This document shows positions 16,881-25,944 of a stretch of DNA of 64,000 nucleotides, one piece after another (within the stretch, counting starts at the first letter, position 1; each line of letters opens with the position of its first letter). A model generated the notes under the pieces. That model made no database searches. It worked only from the letters and a program-made list of their open reading frames with translations, and was not told the DNA's origin. Made by a program: the position numbers and the translations under genes. The stretch comes from Bryobacterales bacterium (lineage in GTDB: Bacteria; Acidobacteriota; Terriglobia; Bryobacterales; UBA6623), in contig OZ241997.1 in NCBI GenBank assembly GCA_965204435.1, positions 3,076,550 to 3,140,549 of the forward strand, written 5' to 3'.

Positions 16881-17489
16881 CTAGCCGGGCGGGCGCAGGT
16901 GACGGTCCAGTTCGCCGGAGAGCTGCCGGATCGCCTGCTCGGCCGCGGCGCTGAGGCCGGCAACCACGGAGCGCACCTCGCTAGCGGACACCTGCTCGTT
17001 CTTCTCGGCCGTGCCGGCCCAAACCACGCGCGCGGTCGCGGATTCAACTAGCTCGAGCGAGATTTCGACGGCGGCCCGCACGCCGCCGCCGTGGTCTATC
17101 TCCTCGAGACGCCGCAACTCCCCGCGCAGCACGTAATCCGCGGCCGTGCGGCCATCGAAGTGGTCCAGGCGCGCGAACGTTCCCAATGCCAGCACCTGCT
17201 CGCGCAGGGCGCGTGAAACGCTTTCCTGCGGATCCTCGGCCCAGCGGTGGTACTCGTAGTAGCCCACTTCCACCGGGGACTCGCGGTAGATGATGCGGCC
17301 TTGGCGAATCACGCCGCCCACCCGGATGGGCATCAGGATAGCGGTGTGTTCCAGCGGTGCAGCAGCCGGGGCCAAGGCCGGCAGGTCGAGCACGTAGTAG
17401 TTGGTTGGCGGCACGGCACCGCCACATGCCCAACACGCCACGGCGAGGCAGGCCAGGCCCAACCGCCGTCGCTGGAGGGCAAGTTTCAT
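16881..17489 (-). CDS. ABC-type transport auxiliary lipoprotein (PqiC/YmbA, DUF330-like)
   Basis: Track ORF is 16881..17552. The ATG at 17489 gives a lipobox leader (MKLALQRRRLGLACLAVACWACGG). This is followed by NYYVL and YYEYHRWAE, characteristic of the family. Confidence 0.7.
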   Translation of the reverse strand: MKLALQRRRLGLACLAVACWACGGAVPPTNYYVLDLPALAPAAAPLEHTAILMPIRVGGVIRQGRIIYRESPVEVGYYEYHRWAEDPQESVSRALREQVLALGTFARLDHFDGRTAADYVLRGELRRLEEIDHGGGVRAAVEISLELVESATARVVWAGTAEKNEQVSASEVRSVVAGLSAAAEQAIRQLSGELDRHLRPPG

Positions 17490-17513
17490 GCTAATCTGAT
17501 CCAGGCCGTTATT

Positions 17514-17825
17514 ATGACGGATCGATCCCTCTCCTGTTATCGTTGCGGGCACACCCTACGCTTGATGCCGCGCGAGAGGATTGAGCGCAACGCGACCTGC
17601 TCGTCGTGCGGCGCCGACTGGCATTCCTGCGTCCATTGCAGATTCTTCGATCCGGGCCGCAACAACCAATGCTCGGAACCTCAGGCGGAGTGGGTCCGGG
17701 ACAAGGAGCGCTCCAATTTCTGCGGCTACTTCGAGCCTCGCTCGTCGGTCAACCTCACCGCCCGCGGCGGCCGAAATCCCGCTGCGGATGCGCGAGAGGC
17801 ATTCCACAACCTGTTCAAGAAGTAG
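17514..17825 (+). CDS. small cysteine-rich zinc-ribbon protein
   Basis: The ATG at 17514 lies inside track ORF 17247..17825. The 103-aa product has CxxC three times (CYRC, CSSC, CVHC) plus two further Cys. Confidence 0.6.
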   Translation: MTDRSLSCYRCGHTLRLMPRERIERNATCSSCGADWHSCVHCRFFDPGRNNQCSEPQAEWVRDKERSNFCGYFEPRSSVNLTARGGRNPAADAREAFHNLFKK

Positions 17826-18055
17826 TGTCGGTCCCGTACCGCCCCCGGGGCGACAGTGGCCGCACATAAGACGCAAGTGGTGTACGAGAATTGCGCCTGA
17901 CGCGAACGCAGGTCGGCGGATAGCTCCGCGCGGCCGCGAGTCGCATAATGTCGCGCCAGGTCTTGGGCCTACTTCGACGGACGTTTTCTGGCATCGGAAT
18001 CCGACATTGCAGAGGATCGCCCTTCCACGAAACGACACTCGTCCCGGCAAGGGAG

Positions 18056-18859
18056 CTAGCGGCCGTGGTAATCGGTCCGCTCGCCACGGGGGCGGTTCTT
18101 GAACTCCCGGGCGAGCCGCACGAAAGCGTCGACCACGGCTTCGAAGATCGTACTGCCCTTCGCAGCCGAGGCGATCGTCGGATCCCCGTATGTGCCGGTC
18201 TTGCTGAATCGCGTCCATTCATCCATCACGTGCACGGGCGACCCGTCCATCAGGTCCATCCAAATGAACTCGGACTCCGGCATCCCGATCTCCTTGACCG
18301 CCTTTTCCATCTGCACCTTGTCCGGGGCCAGATGGAGATAGACAGACGTCTCGAGTTCCCCTGCGTGCGACATTCCGCCGCGCCCGGACTCCCGCTGCAT
18401 GCGGATCTCTTCGCGGGCCAGGCTGGGCCAGATGAATGTTCCGCAAAGCGCGTCCGTCTCTAGGATCGTTCGCCGCGCGACGAGATCCAAGATGGGCATG
18501 TTCGACCCGTGCCCGTCGGCGATCAGAATCCGCCGGAAGCCGTGGTGCGCCACGCTCTTGGTCACGTCCAGGACGAAATGGAGGAGATGCTCTTGCTGGA
18601 TGTCAATCGTGCCGGTGAAGTCCATGTGGTGCGTCTCGAATCCGTACGGGATCAACGGCAGCAGCAGGATATCGCCATCCGCTCGTTTCGCCGCCTCCTC
18701 GCAAATGCTCCAAATGAGGAAGTTGTCCGTGTCGAGAGGCAAGTGGTGTCCGTGGTCCTCCACGGAACCGATCGGCAGCACGACGACAGGTTGGTCGCGG
18801 ACCCTGCCGCCGAGTTCCTGCCACGTGTGGTGGTGGTAGAGATACGAGATCTTGGGCAT
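18056..18859 (-). CDS. creatininase-family amidohydrolase
   Basis: 267-aa ORF with VVLPIGSVEDHGHHLPLDTD, ADGHGSN and HAGELETS, the metal-binding blocks of the family. Confidence 0.85.
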   Translation of the reverse strand: MPKISYLYHHHTWQELGGRVRDQPVVVLPIGSVEDHGHHLPLDTDNFLIWSICEEAAKRADGDILLLPLIPYGFETHHMDFTGTIDIQQEHLLHFVLDVTKSVAHHGFRRILIADGHGSNMPILDLVARRTILETDALCGTFIWPSLAREEIRMQRESGRGGMSHAGELETSVYLHLAPDKVQMEKAVKEIGMPESEFIWMDLMDGSPVHVMDEWTRFSKTGTYGDPTIASAAKGSTIFEAVVDAFVRLAREFKNRPRGERTDYHGR

Positions 18860-18863
18860 CGAT

Positions 18864-20114
18864 TCAGTCTTGGACGCGCCGTTCCGGATCGATCAAGAAC
18901 CACAACACCGCACCCATACCATACACAACGGTCGCGGCCCAGAACATTGACTCGAACGAGCCGAACCGCGAAGCGAGCCACGCGGCGGAAATCGGCGAGA
19001 TGACCGCGGACGCGCTCGATGCCGTGTTCATGAATCCGGTTGCCGTCCCGCCATAGCGGTGGCCGACATCCACGCAAACCGCCCAGGCCACGGGCAGCGT
19101 GAGGTCCTGCGCTCCTTGCGCGAAGGCCATCCACAACACCGCTGCCAAAGGCTCTCCGGCGACCGCCGCCATGGCAAAGCCCACCGCGGCCAACGCGAAC
19201 CCCCCGATTCCGACCGCCCTGCGCCCCCAGCGCAGGCCCGCCCGCCGGACCAGCCAGTCTGAGAAGGTGCCGCCGGCCACGCAGGCAGCCGCGCCCACCA
19301 GCAAAGGGATCGCGGAGTAGAGGCCGGAGCGCTCCAGAGTCAGGCCGTGCTCATCCATGAGGTACGTCGGCAGCCAGGTGACGAAGAAATAGAACCCGTA
19401 TGCGGAGCAGAAGTACATGCCGAACAGGGCCCAGAGGTTGCCGTCGGCGAGCATGCGCCGCCACGGGACCGCCGAAGCCTCGGCCGGCGGAATGCCCTCC
19501 GAGCGGATGTAGGCCAGTTCAGACTCCCCGACTTCGGGGTGATCGGCCGGATCGTCCGTGTACCATCGCCAGAACAGCCAACACCAGAACAACCCGATGG
19601 TCCCGAGCACCGCAAAGGTGGGGCGCCATCCGATCAGGGCAATTAGAAGCGCCGCGATGGGAGGAGCCGCAGACCCACCCAGGCGGGCTCCCATCCACAT
19701 CAGGCCGGTGGTTCCGCCTCGCTCGCTGGCCGGGAACCACCGGGCAAGGGCCCGGGTCAGGGTCGGAAAGGCGCCGGCCTGTGCGGCGCCAAACAAGAAG
19801 CGAATTCCGGCCAGCGTTGCGAATCCCCGCACTGCCCCGGTCAGGATCGTAAGCAGCGACCATGCGGCAACGATCGGTGCCATCAGCCGCTTTTGGCCGA
19901 AGCGGTCGCCGATCCATCCCGTTGGAATCTCGAACAGACCGTAGGCCAGCGCGAATGCGCTGAAGACATAGCCCATGCGGATGCTGCTCAGTCCAAGGTC
20001 CTCGACCATGAACGGCGCGGCAACGGAAATGCAGACCCGGTCGAGGTAGGTGACGAACGCCACCGTGACCGCGAATACCAAAGTGAGGTTGCGGGCGTTG
20101 GTGTCAGTCCTCAC
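18864..20114 (-). CDS. MFS transporter
   Basis: 416-aa ORF with about 12 hydrophobic segments and the loop motif GWIGDRFGQKR. Confidence 0.85.
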   Translation of the reverse strand: MRTDTNARNLTLVFAVTVAFVTYLDRVCISVAAPFMVEDLGLSSIRMGYVFSAFALAYGLFEIPTGWIGDRFGQKRLMAPIVAAWSLLTILTGAVRGFATLAGIRFLFGAAQAGAFPTLTRALARWFPASERGGTTGLMWMGARLGGSAAPPIAALLIALIGWRPTFAVLGTIGLFWCWLFWRWYTDDPADHPEVGESELAYIRSEGIPPAEASAVPWRRMLADGNLWALFGMYFCSAYGFYFFVTWLPTYLMDEHGLTLERSGLYSAIPLLVGAAACVAGGTFSDWLVRRAGLRWGRRAVGIGGFALAAVGFAMAAVAGEPLAAVLWMAFAQGAQDLTLPVAWAVCVDVGHRYGGTATGFMNTASSASAVISPISAAWLASRFGSFESMFWAATVVYGMGAVLWFLIDPERRVQD

Positions 20115-20531
20115 GGAGGCTGATGGATTCTATCACCGCCAATCCAGCCGGGACCGGCTCAGCTCAACAGGGCTTCTGTAACGTCTAGGCCTGTCCCGCA
20201 CGGCACCCGTGGAATCTCTATCGCAAAAGGGCGTAACGTAAGTGATGCGTGGGGGAGTGGTCAGCTCCTTGGCAGCGGAGACGGGATTCTGTATTTTGAA
20301 ATGCGGGATCTGCCGACCTTCGCAAGCGCCGCAAGCGCGCCGCAAGCAAGCTGGCCGTGGTGATCGATGCGGTGGTTGTTAAGGTTGTGGCGGCGACCCA
20401 GCAGGCTCTTGGATAGGCCCGGCGCCGACATGCATCCAGCAAGCTACAGCCGCAACTCATCCCAAAGGGTCAAACATCGCGCGCGAACAGCGCCAAGCGA
20501 AAGCGCCTGAACCCGTTCGAGGACTCCCCGC

Positions 20532-22466
20532 ATGCCCCTAGCAGAGCAGCCCTCCATCGATGCCGCTGCAGAACCTTCGGCCATCGAGCGCGTCTCGCGG
20601 ATCTATGGCTTGGACAACTGGGGCTTCGGCTATTTCGGCGTGAACCCGTCCGGCCATCTCAGCGTTACGCCGCACAAGATTCCCGGCCTCGCGGTAGATG
20701 TCTACGAGGCCGTGCGGGACCAAGTGGGCAATCAGCTCTCGCCGCCCTTCCTGCTGCGCTTCCCGCAGATCTTGGACGAGAGGCTGGCGTCGCTGCACCA
20801 AGCCTTCTCCACTGCCATCGCGGAGTTCGACTACGGCGGGCGCCACATCGGCGCCTACCCGGTCAAGGTCAACCAGCGACCCGAAGTTCTGCGCCGCTTG
20901 GTGGAATCGGGCCGGCGCTACGACTACGGCCTCGAAGTCGGCAGCAAGGCCGAGTTGATCGCGGCCCTGTCCATGCCGCTGGCGGAAGGGTCTCTGATCA
21001 TTTGCAACGGCCTCAAGGACGACCTGTACCTGCGCTTGGCCATGGCCGCTGCCAAGCTCGGGCGCAAGGCCGTGATTGTCGTGGAAGACCTCCAGGACTT
21101 GCAGCTGACGCTCAAGCTGGCCCGCGCCCAAGGCCTGCTGCCGCCGATCGGACTGCGGGTCAAGCTAGGTGCTCGGGGGAGCGGCAAGTGGGAGGACTCT
21201 TGCGGCGAGTTCGCCAAGTTCGGCATGAGCACGATCGCCCTGGTGCGGGCCTTGGACCTGATCAAGGAATGGGGCGCGGCGAGCCAGCTCACGATGCTGC
21301 ATTTCCACGTCGGCTCTCAGGTCAACGATATCCGCCGGGCCAAGCAGGCCTTCAAGGAGGCCGCGCGCGTCTACGCCAAGGCGCGCAAGGCGGGCTTCGA
21401 CATCGCCTACCTCAACGTGGGCGGCGGCCTCGGCGTCGATTACGACGGCTCGCGCACCGCCAGCGAGTTCTCGATGAACTACTCGGTCCAAGAGTTCGCC
21501 AACGACATCGTCTACACGCTGGGAGAGGTCTGCGCCGGGGAGGAAGTGTCCGCGCCCACCATCGTCACCGAGCACGGCCGGGCGATGGTGGCCTACCACT
21601 CGATGCTCGTCACCGACGTGCGCAAGGTGGTCACGCCTGGCCTAGTCGCCGACGGCGAGTTCGCCGAGGTCGAGTCGGACGCCCCGCCGGTGCTGGAACT
21701 GGTCGACATCGCCGACGGCATCAACGCCAAGAACTTTCGCGAGCGCTACCACGACGCCGTGCAACAGCGCGGCGACATGAACTCGCTGTTCGAACTCGGA
21801 TATCTGGGCCTGCGCGACAAGGCCAAGGGAGAGGCCCTGTTCTGGAAGATCTGCCGCCGCGTCGCGCGGCTTTCGCGCCAGATGAAGCACCGCCCCAAGG
21901 AGCTGCAGGATCTGGATCAGATGCTGGCGTCGAGATTCGTCTGCAACTTCTCGATGTTCCAGTCGATCCCGGATTTCTGGGCGTTCGACCAGCTGTTCCC
22001 GATCATCCCCATACACCGCTTGAACGAGACCCCGACCGAACGCGGCGTGCTGTGCGATATCACCTGCGACTCCGACGGCACCGTCGACCGCTTCGTGGAT
22101 ACCAAGCACTTCAAGGAATCGCTCGAGTTGCACGCCCCGCGGCCCGACGAGCCGTACTATCTGGGTATCCTGCTGTTGGGCGCCTACCAAGAGACGCTGG
22201 GGGACATTCACAACCTGTTCGGAACGGTCACGGAGCTCAACGTGGCGGTCGGGACGGACGGGCGGCGCGTCGTCAGCCAGCCGATCCGGGGCGACAACGT
22301 GCGGGACGTGCTCGGCGATTTCGGCTACCAGCCCGAGGCCCTGCGCGAAGCGCTGGCGCGCCGGCTGGCCGAGCGCAAGCAAGCGGGGCTGATCGGTGAC
22401 CAGGACGAGCACGAGGTGCTGGCCACTTCGTCGCGGGTCTTGGACGACTATACTTACCTGGTCTAG
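20532..22466 (+). CDS. speA: biosynthetic arginine decarboxylase
   Basis: 644-aa ORF with the SpeA N-terminus (YGLDNWGFGYFGVNPSGHLSV), the PLP-lysine region YPVKVN, and a length typical for SpeA. Confidence 0.9.
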   Translation: MPLAEQPSIDAAAEPSAIERVSRIYGLDNWGFGYFGVNPSGHLSVTPHKIPGLAVDVYEAVRDQVGNQLSPPFLLRFPQILDERLASLHQAFSTAIAEFDYGGRHIGAYPVKVNQRPEVLRRLVESGRRYDYGLEVGSKAELIAALSMPLAEGSLIICNGLKDDLYLRLAMAAAKLGRKAVIVVEDLQDLQLTLKLARAQGLLPPIGLRVKLGARGSGKWEDSCGEFAKFGMSTIALVRALDLIKEWGAASQLTMLHFHVGSQVNDIRRAKQAFKEAARVYAKARKAGFDIAYLNVGGGLGVDYDGSRTASEFSMNYSVQEFANDIVYTLGEVCAGEEVSAPTIVTEHGRAMVAYHSMLVTDVRKVVTPGLVADGEFAEVESDAPPVLELVDIADGINAKNFRERYHDAVQQRGDMNSLFELGYLGLRDKAKGEALFWKICRRVARLSRQMKHRPKELQDLDQMLASRFVCNFSMFQSIPDFWAFDQLFPIIPIHRLNETPTERGVLCDITCDSDGTVDRFVDTKHFKESLELHAPRPDEPYYLGILLLGAYQETLGDIHNLFGTVTELNVAVGTDGRRVVSQPIRGDNVRDVLGDFGYQPEALREALARRLAERKQAGLIGDQDEHEVLATSSRVLDDYTYLV

Positions 22467-22487
22467 GGCCAGTCTGATCGCTCTCCG

Positions 22488-24017
22488 ATGCCGTACCCGA
22501 CCAGCGCCCAAGCCACCACGATCGCGGGACTATTGGCGGGACAAGACGGGTCCCTGCCAGCGCTGCGCAGCGAGTCTGGCGCGCGCATGTCCTACGGGGA
22601 ATTGCGCCAGCAAGCCGAACGGACCGCCGCTGCGCTGAACGCCAACGGCATCGGGCGCGGCGACCCCGTTGCCATGGTCCTTGAGAACGGACCCCACATG
22701 GCGGCGGCGTTTGTGGCCGTGGCGGCCGCGGCAGCTGCAGCGCCGCTCCACCCGGGGCTGCGCGAGCGAGAGCTCAGAGACAGCTTGGAGAGCCTGCGGG
22801 CGCGGGCCTTGATCGTGACGGCGGGCAGCGAGACTCCCGCAACCAAGGTGGCGCAGCGACTGTCCGTCCCTATCCTGCAGTTGGAGGCGATCGATCCCGC
22901 AGGCGGCTTCCGGCTCGTGGGCGGCCCGGCTGCGGGCGGAGACCTGCCGGACGCGGCAAGACCGGAAGATACCGCGCTGCTGCTGCACACCTCTGGCACG
23001 ACGGCCAAGCCGAAGCTGGTGCCGCTCACGCAGGGAAACCTGGCCGCGTCGGCGGCCAATATCGCATCGACCTTGCGGCTCGGGCCCGAAGACACGTGCC
23101 TGAACATCATGCCGCTGTTTCACATCCACGGCTTGATCGGGGCGCTGCTGTCGTCGCTTTGCGCCGGCGCGTCGGTGGCTGCGACGCCGGGCTTCGCGCC
23201 GATGCGCTTCTTCAAGTGGCTGGACGAGTTGCGGCCCACCTGGTACAGCGCCGTGCCGACCATGCACCAGGCGATCTTGCAACGCTCGGCCAGGAACGCC
23301 GCCAGCCTGGGCCGGAGCCAGTTGCGGCTGATCCGCTCGTCGTCGGCCGCCTTGCCGCCGTCCGTCCTCGCAGCCCTCGAGGAGGCCTTCGGCTGCCCGG
23401 TGGTCGAATCCTACGGCATGACGGAGGCATCGCACCAAATGGCGAGCAATCCCCTGCCCCCCGCCGCGCGGAAGCCCGGCACGGTCGGGCTCGCGGCCGG
23501 GCCGGAGGTGGCGATCATGGACGGCGCGGGCAGCCTGCTGCCCGTCGGCGCAACAGGCGAGGTCGTGATTCGGGGCACGAACGTGATGGCTGGCTACGTG
23601 GACAATCCGGAGGCCAATGCCAGCGCTTTCCACGGGCAGTGGTTCCGCACGGGGGACCAAGGCCTCTGCGACAGCGATGGCTACTTCACGATCACGGGCA
23701 GGCTCAAGGAACTCATCAACCGTGGCGGCGAGAAGATCTCCCCGCGCGAGATCGACGAAGCGCTCCTGGAACATCCCGCTGTCGCGCAAGCCGTGGCATT
23801 CGCGATGCCCCACGCGAAGCTCGGCGAGGAAGTCGCAGCCGCCGTAGTGCTCGAGGAGGGCTCCGACCTGACGCAGCGGGCGCTCAGCCAGTTCGCCGCC
23901 GAGCGGCTGGCCGCGCACAAGGTGCCGCGCGTGGTGCGCTTCGTCGAGGCCATTCCCAAGGGTCCCAGCGGCAAGCTGAAGCGCGTCGGCCTGGCCAAGG
24001 ACCTCGGGCTAGGCTAG
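22488..24017 (+). CDS. AMP-dependent acyl-CoA synthetase/ligase (AAE3/Pcs60 oxalyl-CoA-synthetase-like)
   Basis: 509-aa ORF with the AMP-binding signature LLHTSGTTAKPKLVPLTQGNL, then YGMTE, FRTGDQG and PSGKLKR. Confidence 0.85.
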   Translation: MPYPTSAQATTIAGLLAGQDGSLPALRSESGARMSYGELRQQAERTAAALNANGIGRGDPVAMVLENGPHMAAAFVAVAAAAAAAPLHPGLRERELRDSLESLRARALIVTAGSETPATKVAQRLSVPILQLEAIDPAGGFRLVGGPAAGGDLPDAARPEDTALLLHTSGTTAKPKLVPLTQGNLAASAANIASTLRLGPEDTCLNIMPLFHIHGLIGALLSSLCAGASVAATPGFAPMRFFKWLDELRPTWYSAVPTMHQAILQRSARNAASLGRSQLRLIRSSSAALPPSVLAALEEAFGCPVVESYGMTEASHQMASNPLPPAARKPGTVGLAAGPEVAIMDGAGSLLPVGATGEVVIRGTNVMAGYVDNPEANASAFHGQWFRTGDQGLCDSDGYFTITGRLKELINRGGEKISPREIDEALLEHPAVAQAVAFAMPHAKLGEEVAAAVVLEEGSDLTQRALSQFAAERLAAHKVPRVVRFVEAIPKGPSGKLKRVGLAKDLGLG

Positions 24018-24050
24018 GCCGGCTCGCAGGCCGGGCCTGCCGGGGCGCCC

Positions 24051-24770
24051 TCAGCCGGCGAAGACATCGGCGATCGTGCGCTGAATCGACTCGGCGGCCG
24101 CGCTTGGGTCGGCAGCGTTCCGGATCGGCCGACCCACCACGATGTGGTCGGCTCCGTTCAAGAACGCCTGACGCACATCGACAGTGCGCTTTTGGTCGTC
24201 TACGGGCCGGTTTTCCACGGGCCGAATGCCGGGAGTGACGACCAGCAGGCGGCTGTCCACGTACTGGCGCAGCGCCGGCGCCTCCAAGCCCGACGATATC
24301 ACCCCGTCACAGCCGATCTCGAACGCACGCCGCGCCCGCGAGAGGACGAGTTCCCGAGGGTCGCAGGCGAAGCCGAGATCGTCCAAGTCGCCCCGGTCCA
24401 GGCTCGTCAGCGCCGTCACCGCCAAGATCTTGACATCGCCGCGATTCGAGCAGGCCGCGGCCAGCATCGCGTCGTTGCCGTGGACCGTGCAAAACGTCAC
24501 GCCCCGGCCGCCAAGACGACGGACCGCTCGCCCGACGGTTTCAGGCACGTCGAAGAACTTCAGATCGACGAACACCTTCTTTCCCGAGGATGTGAGCCGG
24601 TCGACGAGTTGGAAATAGCCGCCGTCCATGAACAGTTCGAGCCCCAGCTTGTAGAAGCAGACCGAATCGCCGAGTCGATCCGCCAAGGCTAGCGCCGAGG
24701 ACGTGTCGGGCACGTCCATGGCGAAGATGAGCCGTTCGCGCAACGGGACCGCATTCCGAGAGAGAGGCAT
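24051..24770 (-). CDS. pyrF: orotidine-5'-phosphate decarboxylase
   Basis: 239-aa ORF with LIFAMDV, FYKLGLELF and VFVDLKFFDVPETV, the PyrF catalytic blocks. Confidence 0.9.
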   Translation of the reverse strand: MPLSRNAVPLRERLIFAMDVPDTSSALALADRLGDSVCFYKLGLELFMDGGYFQLVDRLTSSGKKVFVDLKFFDVPETVGRAVRRLGGRGVTFCTVHGNDAMLAAACSNRGDVKILAVTALTSLDRGDLDDLGFACDPRELVLSRARRAFEIGCDGVISSGLEAPALRQYVDSRLLVVTPGIRPVENRPVDDQKRTVDVRQAFLNGADHIVVGRPIRNAADPSAAAESIQRTIADVFAG

Positions 24771-24812
24771 CTGCGTCTAGGCTAGCGCGGAGCCGGCAGT
24801 ACGGCCGGGCGC

Positions 24813-25901
24813 TCAGGCCTGGCTGGCCTGGGACACCAAGTCCGACACGGGACCGATCAGCAGCTTGTTCGCCACCGTGTTGGGCAATGTGGTCAGCAGC
24901 ACGAAGCGCACCCCGGACTGCGGATCCGCCCAAGCGAGCGTGCCGGTGGCGCCGCCGTGCCACGCGGTGCGCTCCGAGCAGCCAGCGCCGGCACCAACGC
25001 CAAGAGCGAAGCCCAGGCCTCGCGGCCTGCCCAGCTTGGGCGTGTGGTTGCGCACCATCAGCGCCGCGGTCGCCGGACGCAGCACCCCGGCCCGTTCCGG
25101 CGCCAGGAACTCGAGAAAGAACCTCGACACGTCCCCAGCGCTGGAATGGGCCCCGCCCCACGGGGACGCCAGATCGCGCCAGTAGCGGCTGTTCCAATCC
25201 CAGTGCGCGGCCTCGGACCTGCCTTGCCCGCCGTGCGGCGGGCCCTGCTCGACTTGGCTGCGCTGCGTCTCTTCCAAGCGGATTCGGCCCAGACCCAGGG
25301 CGGTGCGCTCCATCCCGAGCGGCCGGTACAGGGTCTGTTCCAAGTAATCGGGAAACGCCGTGCCCGTGATACGCTCGCAAATCTCGGCCAGCAACAGGAT
25401 GCCCATGCTCTGGTAGGAGTAGCGCGTGCCCGGCTCGAACAGCAGGGGCGTGCGGATCGTCCGCTCGACAAATTCGCTCAAGGGAGCGTTTCGCTTGCGC
25501 AGCTCGACGTTCTCGGGAAGCTGGTCCGGCAAGCCGGACGTGTGCGTCAGCAAGTGCTTGACGGTCACGCGGGAGCGCGCCCCTCCGCTGAACTCCGGAA
25601 CGAAGCGCCTGACCGGATCGGCCAGTTTCAGCTCCCCGCGGTCGGCCAGCAGCATCGCGCCAGCGGCCGTCATCGGCTTGGTAATCGAAGCCAGCAAGAA
25701 TATCGCGTCCACTGTCAAGGCACTGCCGAAGTGGCGCTGAAACACGTCCCCGCCGCGGCGGACGTCAAGCACGGCGCCCATGACCGCGCCGCCAGCAACC
25801 TGGGCGTCGACCAAGCCCGCGGCCGCCTCAAGGTCGTCGCGGCGAGCGGCGCTCGCAATCGAGCCCGCCAGCGCCGTAGTCAAGAAAGTCCTGCGCCTCA
25901 T
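24813..25901 (-). CDS. serine hydrolase (beta-lactamase/PBP4*-like)
   Basis: 362-aa ORF with a leader peptide and the SxxK motif (ASITKPMTAAG), plus LLTHTSGL. Confidence 0.8.
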   Translation of the reverse strand: MRRRTFLTTALAGSIASAARRDDLEAAAGLVDAQVAGGAVMGAVLDVRRGGDVFQRHFGSALTVDAIFLLASITKPMTAAGAMLLADRGELKLADPVRRFVPEFSGGARSRVTVKHLLTHTSGLPDQLPENVELRKRNAPLSEFVERTIRTPLLFEPGTRYSYQSMGILLLAEICERITGTAFPDYLEQTLYRPLGMERTALGLGRIRLEETQRSQVEQGPPHGGQGRSEAAHWDWNSRYWRDLASPWGGAHSSAGDVSRFFLEFLAPERAGVLRPATAALMVRNHTPKLGRPRGLGFALGVGAGAGCSERTAWHGGATGTLAWADPQSGVRFVLLTTLPNTVANKLLIGPVSDLVSQASQA

Positions 25902-25944
25902 CCGCGGAAAATCCTAGCAAAGCACTCCAAGCCCGCGGCGCGGC

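Noticed and set aside
20320-20350. A triple CGCAAGC motif in the MFS/speA divergent intergenic region.
   Set aside because: It is a very short, low-complexity, GC-rich repeat. There is no symmetry or spacing that would suggest a binding site.
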